NCBI RefSeq assembly: GCF_009914755.1
Contig: NC_060935.1
Reading direction: 5' to 3' (one strand)
DNA: 64,000 nt
Source of the DNA: the human T2T-CHM13v2.0 reference genome, Homo sapiens
Below the pieces are notes generated by a model. It ran no database searches and was not told the origin of the DNA. It was given only the letters and a program-made list of their open reading frames with translations. Both the position numbers and the translations under genes were made by a program. Position 1 is the stretch's first letter. The number at the start of each line of letters is the position of its first letter. Below are positions 40,251 to 54,434 of the stretch, in pieces.

Positions 40251-42599
40251 CTGCTTTGTCTCAGGCAGACTAACAGGAAAGCGACTTTTCCTTGCAAACC
40301 TCCTTCAAGGTCATGAGAGATATCTCTGTGACCCTGGGGCCAGACCAACCTTGAATTCAAAAATCCTCCAAGCTGAGGGCAGAAAGTAGGAAGAATCCCG
40401 CCGGAGCACTGCAAGGCCATTGGCGGGCACTGCTGTTCCCTCCCCTGTGGGAAGGACCACTGCTCACCTGGGTTTTTTTAATTAGCCATTGTGTTTCTTT
40501 TCTTTGTGCTGTTCTTCTCCATCCTTAGTAGGCAGGAGAGTTTTTACACTATTTCTTTTTCATATTCTGCTATAAATGAGCCCTACACATAATCAGGAAG
40601 GTTAGGGCTAGGATCAGAAGTCAAATTTAGGTTCACACATGACAAAACTTCAACAATTCACATTTCACCAGTTCTAAACAAGAAGGTTCCATTTAAATCA
40701 CTGATTGCTGTAATTTGTTGCTATCATCCAATGGGTGCATTTTAGTTTAAAGGGATATGCCTCCTTTATCTTCTCGAGGTCTCAGACAGTGTCTGAGTAA
40801 ACTCTCTGCCAAGTCCTGAGTCACCCTGAGGATAGCAGATGCGCAGACTCAGTCTGGGGTTTAGGGTCCACTCCGCACACTCCCACTTGCCCTTGGCATT
40901 GGCCCCATGGGTGGACCATGGAGGTGGGTGCTGTATGGCAACAGTCATTCCTCAGCAGAGTGGAGAGGGAGACACATGTTCTGCCGCGCCCATGTTCAGT
41001 CTGTTCTGTGGGCAGAGTTGTAGGAACACACTTAGCCCAAATCGATGCCAGCCTGGCAGTGGGTGAAGGGCCAGTAAGGTTTGTCTATGGCTCATGACCT
41101 TAGGGAAAATGAGATTTTACTCCTCGTGCAGCCTCCTGCCTGGAGAATTGCACACCCCTGTTTCAGATAGGTAACAGCTTTCTTGAAGCTTTCAAGAATA
41201 AAAATAAAAACTTTAAAGTACATGGCTGTCAGAAAGTCCCTCCTGGTAGCTAACTTGAGCCCTTTGTGCTTATTTTATCTTGGCCAAGCCTCCCCGGAGC
41301 ATGTGTACCAGATACGATAACCTTCCACCAAACCAGGGACCTCTCAGATCTCGGCTTTTCAGAACAAAGAATTTGGATTTCCTTAGCCTTTCATCATCAT
41401 CTCATCACCCAAACCTTTCATTATCTTTTTCAATTTTTTCTTTGAACTCTTTCCAAAACTTGTCTTTTGAGTTACAGAGACCATCACTTAATTAGATCTT
41501 TCATTTCCAGGGGATACTCCTAGTGCCTAGGAAGAAATAAATTAAATTTCAGTCGGATATATTTCATTGGGGGAAGGGTGTAGAAAAAAAGAAATTGAAT
41601 TCCTTATATAAATAGCACATTGTCTGGTGCCACAAATGCGTTTTCCTTTTCCCAGTTGTTTTTGGAACAATGGGTCCTTTTTTGGTGACTTTAATTCCTC
41701 AGAGATTCTAACCTCTAAAAGGTCATGATTTGTGTTGTTTTGTGCATACACGGCTTCTGTACTGAAAAAAAAAAAGCGAGATGTGTGGCCTCTGATTGTC
41801 TAGTAAGTCGTGAGGAAACAGACAAGGCTGCAACCCAGCAGCAGTTGAGCACCTTGTCAAAGTGTGGGAATGAGCGTGTGTGGGTCTCTGTGCTTCCAGC
41901 CTTTTCTGCACCAGCTGTTCCAAGCGGAGCAGAGGGGTCTGTCTTGCTTCTCCGTAACTTCATCAACCTGTAAGTAGGCTTGCCTTTTACAGTGCTGTTC
42001 TCATTAGCTGTGCAGACTTCCTTATCCTGATCATTTGGTATCTGTGCGCAGACTTTCATAGGGGAAGGGGATAGTCTTTAACTTGTCTTTCTGTGGAGCA
42101 GAACAACAGAGGCTGGCCTTTGCTCAGCCATCACCCCAGCCAGGCTGCTTTAAGCGCATTTCATCACTTCTTTCCACCTGAGTTTTTCTTTGTGTCAAAT
42201 GAAGAAGTTGGGTTCACAGATGACCTCTGAGGTCCCTTCCAATCCAACCCTGCAATTCTCACAGCATCGGTCATTCTAATTGCTCCATAGAAGGGTAGGA
42301 CAAGGAAGGAGGGGGTGAGTTTAGCAGCCAGTTGGGGAAAGGATGCTTGCAGAGTGTCAGTGTAACTTGGATTCCCACTCATCTCTTCTCTCTCCCAAGG
42401 ATCCTGAATCAACGTAGTGTGAAGGGACAAGAGTGAGCACCTATTGATCACCTATGATAGGTCAGACACTGTCCAAGGCTCCTTCTCTACACTGGCTCAT
42501 TTAATCTTTACATCTCACTATAGAATAGATGTACCAGGTGTTTTCCACATCAACGACCACCACGCGCCCCATCCACCCCACCCAGATGTGTCTACACCC

Positions 42600-42925
42600 T
42601 CAGATTTCACTTGAAATGTTCCATCCTTAGTGCAGCCTTCCCCAGCCCCTCAGACCAGGTTAGATCTCCCTGTCCTATGTTCTTATGTCCCCTATGCTTT
42701 CCCTCCATGGCACTTAACATCAATGTAATTAAATCATTATCTGTATAATTAATATTTACATGCCTACTAGACAGAAAACTCCTTTAGGGCAGGGATCACA
42801 TAAGTCTTGTTCATTACTGTATTCCTAGAGCCTAGCACAGTGCTGACAAAATAGTTGAGATTCAATAGATGTTTGCTGAATAAATGTAAGCATGAATGCA
42901 TGAATGAATGAAAGGATGGATGAAT
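42600..42925 (+). mobile_element. L2a-like 3' end
   Basis: agggcagggatc..gtcttgttcattactgtattcctagagcctagcacagtg..tcaatagatgtttgctgaataaatg. Confidence 0.8.
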
Positions 42926-43279
42926 AGCAAGGCTAGATACAAATCCAGAACTATCTGGCTCTTGGAGACCTGTGTATACTTTAAGAAGAGCTCCACTTGT
43001 AAGTTTGTACACAGGGCTTCACTGCTATAACCAGCCTATGGATACTTAGCTACAGTTAGTCATGCTTTGAGTTGTTTCTCCAGAAGCGAGAATGATAGCT
43101 GCACTGCTCTGGCCATTCCCTTTAATCCACTGATACTCATCCTCAAAGATGTCTGTAAAATACTTGGAGATTATGGATCCAGCCTGGTGGTGGTTGGAAG
43201 TGGGTAGAGGGAGGCAATGAATTGATCCAAACCATTTGTCCTTGTGAGCTTTTAGCCCTATGTCTTAATAATAATTAGT

Positions 43280-43505
<226 letters not shown>

Positions 43506-43924
43506 CCATCAGCACCACTTCTAATACTTTCTGCCAAAGGGGCTGAAAACAAGAATCTGCTCTGTCAGGGATCTGGGTCACTAAGAATGAGTGGGTGAAG
43601 AGGAAGGAGGAAAAACCAAGACATGACAACCTTTAGAGAAGCAAAAATAAAACTCTAATGTGGAAACTGCTGAAAATAGACTGCCTGGGCTGTCAGACTG
43701 CATGCAAATCTGATGCTAATCACATGGAAATTAATTACAAGTCCTAACTTCCATATGTCTTGATATGACCCTTGGGGGAAAACCTGCTGCAGGTGTCTAC
43801 TCCCCACCACAGAGGATTGAGTGGAACACAGGCTTTGATGTCGCCTCCTTCACACTCAGCTCTTGCCACTGCAGGGAGAGGAGGCTAAAAATATTAACAA
43901 TAGAAATTTGATTTCTTCTTTCAG

Positions 43925-43978
43925 ACAAAAAGCCTTGGCATCCACGGGAGGAAGAAGTGTTCAGGCAGCATGTGACTG
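43925..43978 (+). CDS. UBASH3B: UBASH3B exon 2 (54 nt), C-terminal half of UBA domain: (A)QKALASTGGRSVQAACD(W)
   Basis: ttcag|ACAAAAAGCC...GTGACTG|gttggt; translation matches recalled STS-1 and joins exon 3 in frame (TG+G = Trp); too short for the ORF track. Confidence 0.96.
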
Positions 43979-44729
43979 GTTGGTATGAGATAAATAAATT
44001 GAGAAAATAGCATATAATTAACTCAAAGTGCATGTGGATGAGTGGGGAGGTGCAGACTTTCTCTAATGGACCCTTCCAGAAGAGACAGGAGCCAAAAGAC
44101 TGTGGCAAGTGCGTTTATCAAGTCAATTGCCTCCTCTGCCCTGGCCCCAGGGTATGTTTCTCCTTGGAGCTGTTTAAAGAAAATTCTAAGTAATTCCCAG
44201 ATAGAGCCTCTCTCATAAGATCTGTCCCTGCTCCAGTCACTTAAAGATTCATTTTAGGGGTATGGATATTGAGAAAATCCATTTAGAAAAGTACCCTACT
44301 TATCTTCCAGGGTATCCCTACCCAGGGTGGGTCCTACAAGGTTACCTCTCTGGGAGCTTCCCTTGTCTTTGGAGGGACATGGGTTTAATTACAGGCTGAC
44401 CTGAGGGACAGGCTGGGTTGGTCCTAGTGGATTGGGAAAGGATTTGGAGTTGATCCAAGAATGCTTCCTGGAGAGCGGTTTTAGGACTTTTTTAGGGAGT
44501 TGTAGGATGAGGAGGCAAAATGACAAGAAGGAAGACAGAAGTTGCTGCATCTGAGAATTGGTTATGAAGTGTGAGTTTCCAGAAGTAGATTTTTAAATCA
44601 TGAATGAAAACCCTTCCCCGCGCTGTGCCGGGGATTTGGAGCACATGGAGGGTGGATCTGTCTCTCAGTTCTTTTTTCCCCTCCCATTATTCTCAAGCGA
44701 CACCTTGTTGGCTTACTTCTGTCTTACAG

Positions 44730-44916
44730 GTTATTCTCCCATGTCGGTGACCCCTTCCTGGATGACCCCCTGCCCCGGGAGTACGTCCTCTACCTCCGTC
44801 CCACCGGCCCCTTAGCACAGAAGCTTTCCGACTTTTGGCAGCAGTCGAAGCAGATCTGCGGGAAGAACAAGGCACACAACATCTTCCCCCACATCACACT
44901 CTGCCAGTTCTTTATG
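44730..44916 (+). CDS. UBASH3B: UBASH3B exon 3 (187 nt): (W)LFSHVGDPFLDDPLPREYVLYLRPTGPLAQKLSDFWQQSKQICGKNKAHNIFPHITLCQFFM; first HxT motif of 2H-phosphoesterase domain
   Basis: cttacag|G ... TTTATG|gtgagc; hand translation is open and CpG-rich. Confidence 0.97.
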
Positions 44917-45299
44917 GTGAGCGGCAGCGCCCCCACCCCTGGGAAGCCTGGCTCCTAGGATCCCAGCCGGCCCTTTGGGACCTGGAGCAAAGGGAGGCCT
45001 CGCAGGAAGACAGCAGGAATAGTCACAGGCTCCTACAGCTGGAGGGACCTTCAAGGGATCAGTGAGGTCCACAATGGGCCCCTCACCCCAACGCTTCCTA
45101 GTTTTATCTGCTGAGGCCCAGGAGCACCCCAGGATGGGGGCAGCACCAGATTGTAACCCTCTGTGAGGGACACACTGGTCTGGCTGCTGGAATAGAATCA
45201 CTGATCTAGCTTCACACCTGTTTGCTGTCTACCCTCTCCACTCTTACGACAAGCAAAGAGGAGGAACTAAGAGCAGGGAACAACAAAGGCAGTTTATAG

Positions 45300-45861
<562 letters not shown>

Positions 45862-46291
45862 TAAAACATTTTTATAAAAAATATTTTGCTTTCTTCCCCA
45901 GATATATTCTCTCTCTTTTTCTCTCTCTCAGGTAATAATAATGTTCCTAACACCTTCTCTTTTACCATTCACTCTGAAAATTAAAGTGACTGTCATTTCC
46001 TCTTAGTCATCCCAGGATCTTTCTCAAAACCCTTCAGAGTTTGAGAGACGTTCATTCTTTTTTCCAATGCTCTCAGGAAGGTAGGAGGATGATGTCACAG
46101 CTCTCTGGGACTCATTCTTCCCAACTATCATGAGGGTGGATGTAGAGTCAACTTCTGATCATCTAAGAGGAAAAGAAAAGTACAGATGATACAAAATAGT
46201 AGAAAACACGCAGCTTCTCCTGGGATGCTGCACTCTCTCCTGTCACATTCCTTCATTTTTTTTTTTTTTTCACAAGCAAGGAGAACTTTGA

Positions 46292-46900
<609 letters not shown>

Positions 46901-47197
46901 TTCTTGCTTTCGGCTCAACCAGTCCTGCAGCATTTTGGCTGGGTTCACGGGGGCCACTTCACAGCAAGGAAAGGAGGGAAGAGGTCATGTGTTCCCCACA
47001 TTAATCCACCAGTTGGGTAATCTGTGTCTGAATAATTGGAAGTCTGCAGTTCCTCTCTCCCCACAGACAGGGGTAGTGGTTAAGTAATTGCATTATCAGC
47101 CTCCTCCAGTCTCTGGGGAGAGGATGCCAATGTTAAGTAGCAGCAGACTTCCATCTCCCCTTGTGTCTGAGTGAAGACTGCCTGTTTTCCCTGCCAG

Positions 47198-47396
47198 TGC
47201 GAGGACAGCAAGGTGGATGCCCTGGGGGAAGCCCTGCAGACCACGGTCAGTCGCTGGAAATGTAAGTTCTCGGCCCCGCTGCCCCTGGAGCTCTATACGT
47301 CGTCCAACTTCATCGGCCTCTTTGTAAAGGAAGACAGTGCGGAGGTCCTCAAGAAGTTTGCTGCTGACTTTGCTGCAGAGGCTGCATCCAAAACCG
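47198..47396 (+). CDS. UBASH3B: UBASH3B exon 4 (199 nt): CEDSKVDALGEALQTTVSRWKCKFSAPLPLELYTSSNFIGLFVKEDSAEVLKKFAADFAAEAASKT
   Basis: ccctgccag|TGC ... AAAACCG|gtgagc; contained in ORF 47171..47464. Confidence 0.97.
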
Positions 47397-49290
47397 GTGA
47401 GCAAACAGCTGCCAGGCCAGCCCTGGGCCCTGTCAATCAAAGAGTTGGAAAGGAAAAAGGATAGGAAATAGTGGTAGAGGAGCAGGATGGGGTCAGGAGG
47501 TGGAGGACCCTGCAGGAATGGACGTGTGACAAAAAAACAGCCTTTTCCTGCAGCACCCCACGTCTTGCTCCCTTGTAAAAACGTTCAACCCCTCTTCTGC
47601 TGACCTGGAGAGACCGTCTAAGGCTTATTCCCTAACACCCAAGTTGAAGTTTCACAAATGACTTCCATACTGAACTAGAAATGTATTTCTTTGTAGCACC
47701 ACCATCTCCTCCTAATTCAGAATTAAAGAAACATCCTTTCTCCCTCCCAAGCTCCCGCCCATGTAGGTGTTTATCTGGGTCTCATTGTTCACTCCATGAC
47801 AATCCAGATCTTTTCTCAGTGGGTAGCAGAGGATAGAGAGAAGAGTGGAAGCACTTCGTATTATATCACAATAAAATCCACTGAACCAATACCCTTCAAC
47901 TTGCTGAAAACCATTAGACAGGACCCCAAGCCCCAAGAGTCTGTCTAAAAATGTAACCCCTTCCAAATGTCTCCTGCTCTTCTCATGGGAGCTCTTAGTT
48001 CAGGACACCTGAGATTTCCTGTCAAAGGAATTAGCTTAAGGGGGTGCTCAAGGCAGGAGACACGATGGAGGTGAAAAGAGGGAGAAGTTTGCAAAGCTCT
48101 CCTGTCTGACTACAGGTGTGGACAAGCTCACTTAGCTCAATGACAGCAGGGAAACAGACAGACAATCTGGTGGGGGGAGAGCCTCTTGGCTCGCTCCAGC
48201 ATGAAATCACAATTGGCAGGTACTTACTGGTCACCTACTATGAGGATTTCTCCTACATGAGGAGTGCTACAGGGAAGAGAACAAGAAGTGGTTTCTCCCG
48301 GCCAGGCCCTGTGTAACATCAGCTCTGAAAAGAGAAAGGGGTGGTTCTACCTTCACGGAAGGAAGGAAACTTGCCCTGGGACGATGTTGATCAGGACAAT
48401 GGAGGAAAGGCCTGCAGGCGGGCGGGTGGCAGGAGCACAGGCAGGCAGGCATGAGATGGTGTGAGCAGAGGACAGTGGGGAGGCTGCCCTGACCAGAGTG
48501 GATGGTGCAGGATGCACAGTGGAAGCCGAGTGCTGAGTGCAAAGCTGGAGGAGACGTACAATTCCCCTACCCCTAATTTTAGGGAGTGCCAGAGAGGGGG
48601 AAGACCTGAGCAAGGCCGCAGTTTGCTCCTTAGCCTTTTGGCCTTTGGCCTATCCCTCACCTGCCATTGTTCCCTGCTGCTATTTTCATCACCATCTCAG
48701 GCCCTTTGTTCCATATTCCTCTTTACCAGAAAAGCACCACACAGGACTTGGGACCTATGAGTGGGATCGGGGCTCAGTATCACTGCAGGATCACAGTGCT
48801 CTCGGAAGGAACACAAGGACCTTAAGACCCCTCTGTACCTGGGGAGGGGGCCTCTTTAGACTTTGCAACCCCCACCCCCACCTCTTCCTCTCCCTCAGCG
48901 ACGGGACTAGTCTCCGGGTCCTGACTTCAGTGAAGCCTGACATTTCATAGGAGCTTAATATTTCAGAGAAAGAGCATAACTGAGAGGCAAATTATTTCCT
49001 GCTCTTATCCCTCAATCTCAAGGAAATGGCTTTCTCTCATCCCACAGTAGTTATTGTCAGAACCACTAAATCCCCACAAGGACCAAAACTAATGTCAAAG
49101 CCGCAAAACCCAAATCCTTCACAAATGAGAAAAGCAAGCCTCAGCCAGGGCCGCACAGATTCTTGGAGTGCATACTGAGTGAGCAGCAGTCGAAGCCCCA
49201 GCTTTCCCTGTGGGACGCGGGTGGAGCCAATTCCTCTCCAAGATCCTGCTGTCATGAAGAACTTGGCCGGCTTCGTTTCTCTGCTGTTGT

Positions 49291-49309
49291 GTGGCCCCCT
49301 GGTGGGGAT
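49291..49309 (-). promoter_or_regulatory. Candidate CTCF site CCACCAGGGGGC
   Basis: Exact match to the 12-bp core consensus on the - strand. Confidence 0.5.
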
Positions 49310-49794
49310 GTGGAGAACTGGATGACCCTGCGCAGCTTAGCTGGTCCCGCTCCTTATTACCCAGCATGGGAAGCCGGCCACCATGTCTTTGCCCTGGAAC
49401 TTGGTATTCTCCAGTTGTTGGCAGGACCAGATATCATCAAGTAGATTTAGTGTCTTCCTCCATTTGAAGTGGTCAAGGGAGATTCATTCATGTGCATTTA
49501 TTCATTTAACAAGTACTGAAAACCTGCATGATATGCTGAGTAAGGATACAGTGTAAGCGAGAGACAAAAACCTTGTTTCATGGGGCTTACACCAAAGAAA
49601 GGCAATGCAGTATAAAAGAAAAAGTACTTAAAACCGAAATGCTCAATTTCTAGTTCTATCTTGGGCCACTAATTCTCTGTGTGACTTGACCAAGTTCCTT
49701 AAATTCTCAAATTCCCTAATTTCTTCTAGTTGCAACTTCTTCATTATTCTAGTTTGTACAGTAGATGATTCTCCCTCATTGTAAATACAAAAGA

Positions 49795-49956
49795 GGCCAG
49801 GCATGGTGGTTCACACCTGTAGTCCCAGCTACTCAGGAAGCTGAGGTGGGAGCATCACTTGAGCCCAGGAGGTGGAGGCTGTGGTGAGCTATGATCATGC
49901 CACTTAACTCTAGCCTGGGCAACAGAGAAAGACCCTGTCTCAAAAAAAAAAAAAAG
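49795..49956 (+). mobile_element. Free right Alu monomer (FRAM/AluJ)
   Basis: Right-arm consensus plus A tail. Confidence 0.88.
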
Positions 49957-50054
49957 TACCAGAGAGAGAAAAAAAAGCCATTCCCTCCTATAGGTAGGGT
50001 TGTTTTGTTTTGTCTCTTGGGATATCTTAGAATAACAGTCTGTATACTTTAAAC

Positions 50055-50261
50055 CAGTATGTCTCAACTAAGGGTGATTTTGTCTCCCAGGGTACATTTG
50101 GCAATGTCTGAGGTCATTTTCAATTGTTACAGCTTGGAGAGTGCTGCTGACGTCTTGTGGGTAGAGGCCAGGGATGCTGCGAAACACCCCATCATGCACA
50201 GGACAGCCACCCCCCCCAAAAAATAATTATTCAACCCAAAATGCTGTTGAGAGAAACCCTG
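50055..50261. mobile_element. MER20 hAT-Charlie element
   Basis: cagtatgtctcaac..acatttggcaatgtctg..gggtagaggccagggatgctg..gagaaaccctg; 8-bp TSD ctttaaac/cattaaac. Confidence 0.9.
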
Positions 50262-50753
50262 CATTAAACTTTGAAAATATCCATCTTTTCCCCTCATTTC
50301 TCCATCAATCTCACCCAGAAGCTAAGAGACGTGATTCCAAAATGAAGGGAATAGAGCTTTGGGAGTCACGCAGCTATAAAACATGCTTTGTATTTCTACA
50401 CAAATTATTTCATCACTGTAGGTCATAGTGCCCTCTTCTGAAAGGTGGGGCTGGTGACCACCAACTGGAATGTTGTGAGAAGGACTTAACTAAAAGGACT
50501 GCCCTCAGCTGACCCGCAGCTCCTAGAGGAAAGCCGTATGGTGGCTATCTCTTGAACAGTGGCTCGATTCGGAATCTCTTGCCATCCCCTTACCCCCTTA
50601 TTCTACTGCTGTGAAGGAGAGAAACGTCTTTTGTCTTCTTTGTTATGTGGGAAGCAGAATTTCTCAGGGTACCTTTCTATGCCTTTCCTTAAGTCTTCAC
50701 CATTGCTATCATCACCACCTTTTAATTACTGACCTTTTTCTTCCTTTTTCCAG

Positions 50754-50923
50754 AAGTGCATGTGGAACCTCATAAGAAGCAGCTACATGTGACCCTGGCT
50801 TACCACTTCCAAGCCAGCCACCTACCCACCCTAGAGAAACTGGCCCAGAACATTGACGTCAAGCTAGGGTGTGACTGGGTGGCTACCATATTTTCTCGGG
50901 ATATCCGATTTGCTAACCATGAG
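50754..50923 (+). CDS. UBASH3B: UBASH3B exon 5 (170 nt): (E)VHVEPHKKQLHVTLAYHFQASHLPTLEKLAQNIDVKLGCDWVATIFSRDIRFANHE; second HxT motif
   Basis: tttttccag|AA ... CATGAG|gtaatg; upstream branch point tactgac; largely within ORF 50756..51217. Confidence 0.97.
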
Positions 50924-51641
50924 GTAATGTCTCACTGTGGTTCCAGAAGCTACCAGGTGCAGGGATGCAATCAGAATCAGCAGCTCGCTGCTGCAGGGAG
51001 ATGGGTACCTACAGGGGAAAAATGGAGCAAGCACCTAACAGAGAGTCCATTGGCTCAGGATTGTGTCCAGCCTCTGCTTGCCTCACTGGGAGGCTTCCAG
51101 CTTGCCTCCCTCCTCTCTGGGTCACAAGTGGTTCATCTGGGTAACATCCCCCTAGTTCTGTCTCCCCTGCCAATCCAACTCCAGCAAAAAAGAAATGAAA
51201 TGGGAGAGAATAAATAAAAAATATATTGGAAAATTTTTAATATTATATAAATTTATGGTGTTAATGGAAGACATCATTTTGACCTTAGGTGAGTTGAAGA
51301 ACATATAAATACCAAAGAAAACAAAACAAAAAACAAAAACACTTGCAAAGACATAATCAACAGATATTTGCTGTGTATCTGTATCTGTATCATGCAAAGT
51401 ACCATGGAGCATACTGGAATTTTTAAATGTTGTCCTGTCCTCAAGGAGCTTTGAGAACAGACACACATGAAAAGAAAACTCAAGCCACCTCTTGTGAGAG
51501 TTTCTGCACATCCCAGTGGGAGGCCTGAGTGAGAAAACTGAATTCCATCACAAGAAGAAAGATTGGTACACCCCTAGCACCCTTCCTTTGAGGGAATCAA
51601 CATTGCCTTCTAGACAAGTATGTGACATCTTGGAAGCATAA

Positions 51642-51940
<299 letters not shown>

Positions 51941-52083
51941 AATAGTGTCTTTTTCTATCCTGAAGGAGAAGCTGAGACACAAAAAACATTAGTGTCTTAG
52001 TAATTTAGGGCTAGAGATGAAGCAAGAGCCCATGTATTTTGACCAATAAAGAAGGGCAACCTGTCTGAAACAAAACTACATCA

Positions 52084-52386
<303 letters not shown>

Positions 52387-53344
52387 TTAGAACCCCAGGG
52401 CTGGGAGCAGGCAAGCTCATTGTTTTGGAAGTGGTAGAAGAGCCAACCCATGAGTCAGAGGTTCAGGGTTAAGCATGCGCCTGTGAGTGTCAGGGGCTGC
52501 AGTTTTGTCTGACTCTGCTGATGGGAACGTGATGTCCTCCTTTTGAGTCATTTGATGCAGGTTTCTGTAAGATGCCTTGAGCAGACTGGGCCTGATCTTA
52601 TTTAAGAATTCTGACATCTCCTAGAGTCACGTAGAACGAACCCTGAAGATAACAAGGGAGGTGTGGCTGGTTGGACTCCTTCTGAGGGCAAAGAAAAAAA
52701 AAGTCAAGGGTTGCGTGCAGATGGCCTCTGAGAAGTCACCTTTCTAAGAGAAGGAAGGTGGCAGTGGAATTTTACAAGGAATATCCTCTAATCAACACTG
52801 CCCTCCAGTTAACTCAAAGGGTAATTGCTTTTCTGCCTGACCCACATTCTGCTCAATTGGCATGGAAGGAAAAAGGCAGCAAGCGCCCACGGGAATTATT
52901 TTCTAAAAATAACTTGGCCTCTTTTATCTCTTATTTGTAAAAGCTCATTTATTACCGTTCGTTCTGATAAAGCTCTCCTCGGCCCCTTTGGACTGGACCT
53001 CTCCCGTGAGGTCTTTCGGTCCTACCTGAGCCGTCTGCACACGTAACCCTCTTCTTGCCTGCCTTCTTCAACATGCCCCCAGGAGGCAGTTTTGATTGAT
53101 TGTTCCAGTGAGGGAACAGATGTCCAGAGAAGGAGAGTGGTTTAGGCAAGGACACTCTGGCAAGGCACCGTGATGCTTAGGAAAACTCCAAGGCCTCATT
53201 CCTCTGCTATTTAGATTCTCACTCGATTTGGACACGCGAATCCCATTTGTATTTCACATGGGCTCTTCCGTGTTAGTGATTACATTGGGCCATGCCAGTT
53301 TAATATACCAACCGATAGAAATCCAGAGGAAGGACAGGGTGATC

Positions 53345-53570
53345 CAAAAAGCATCAATTTTGGAGTCTAGCACACTTGGCTTCAAATCCTGGCTCCATCA
53401 CTTTAGCAAGGGTTAAATTCACTTTGACAACTTATATAAATCTCCAGTCCTTAGTTTTCTCATCTGTAAAATGGTGACAATGTTTTGCTAGATGGTTATG
53501 AAGACTAAATAAAGAAGATGTATGGAAAGGCTCTAATGTAATACCCAGCACAAGGTGGGTGCAACAGCAA
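53345..53570 (+). mobile_element. MIR
   Basis: tttggagtctagcacacttggcttcaaatcctggctcc..agttttctcatctgtaaaatgg. Confidence 0.75.
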
Positions 53571-53699
53571 CGAAAAATTGCTGCAGCTATTATTGTGAGT
53601 GAGAATAAAAAGGGCTCCAAAGGCAGTTCGGCTCTTGTATTCACTCAGGGCTGTGGCTGCATTTCATTCAGCAAACTGAGTTCCATCCCATTGTAGTAA

Positions 53700-54055
<356 letters not shown>

Positions 54056-54081
54056 TGGATTCAAGAGTTCTTATGAGTACA

Positions 54082-54434
<353 letters not shown>

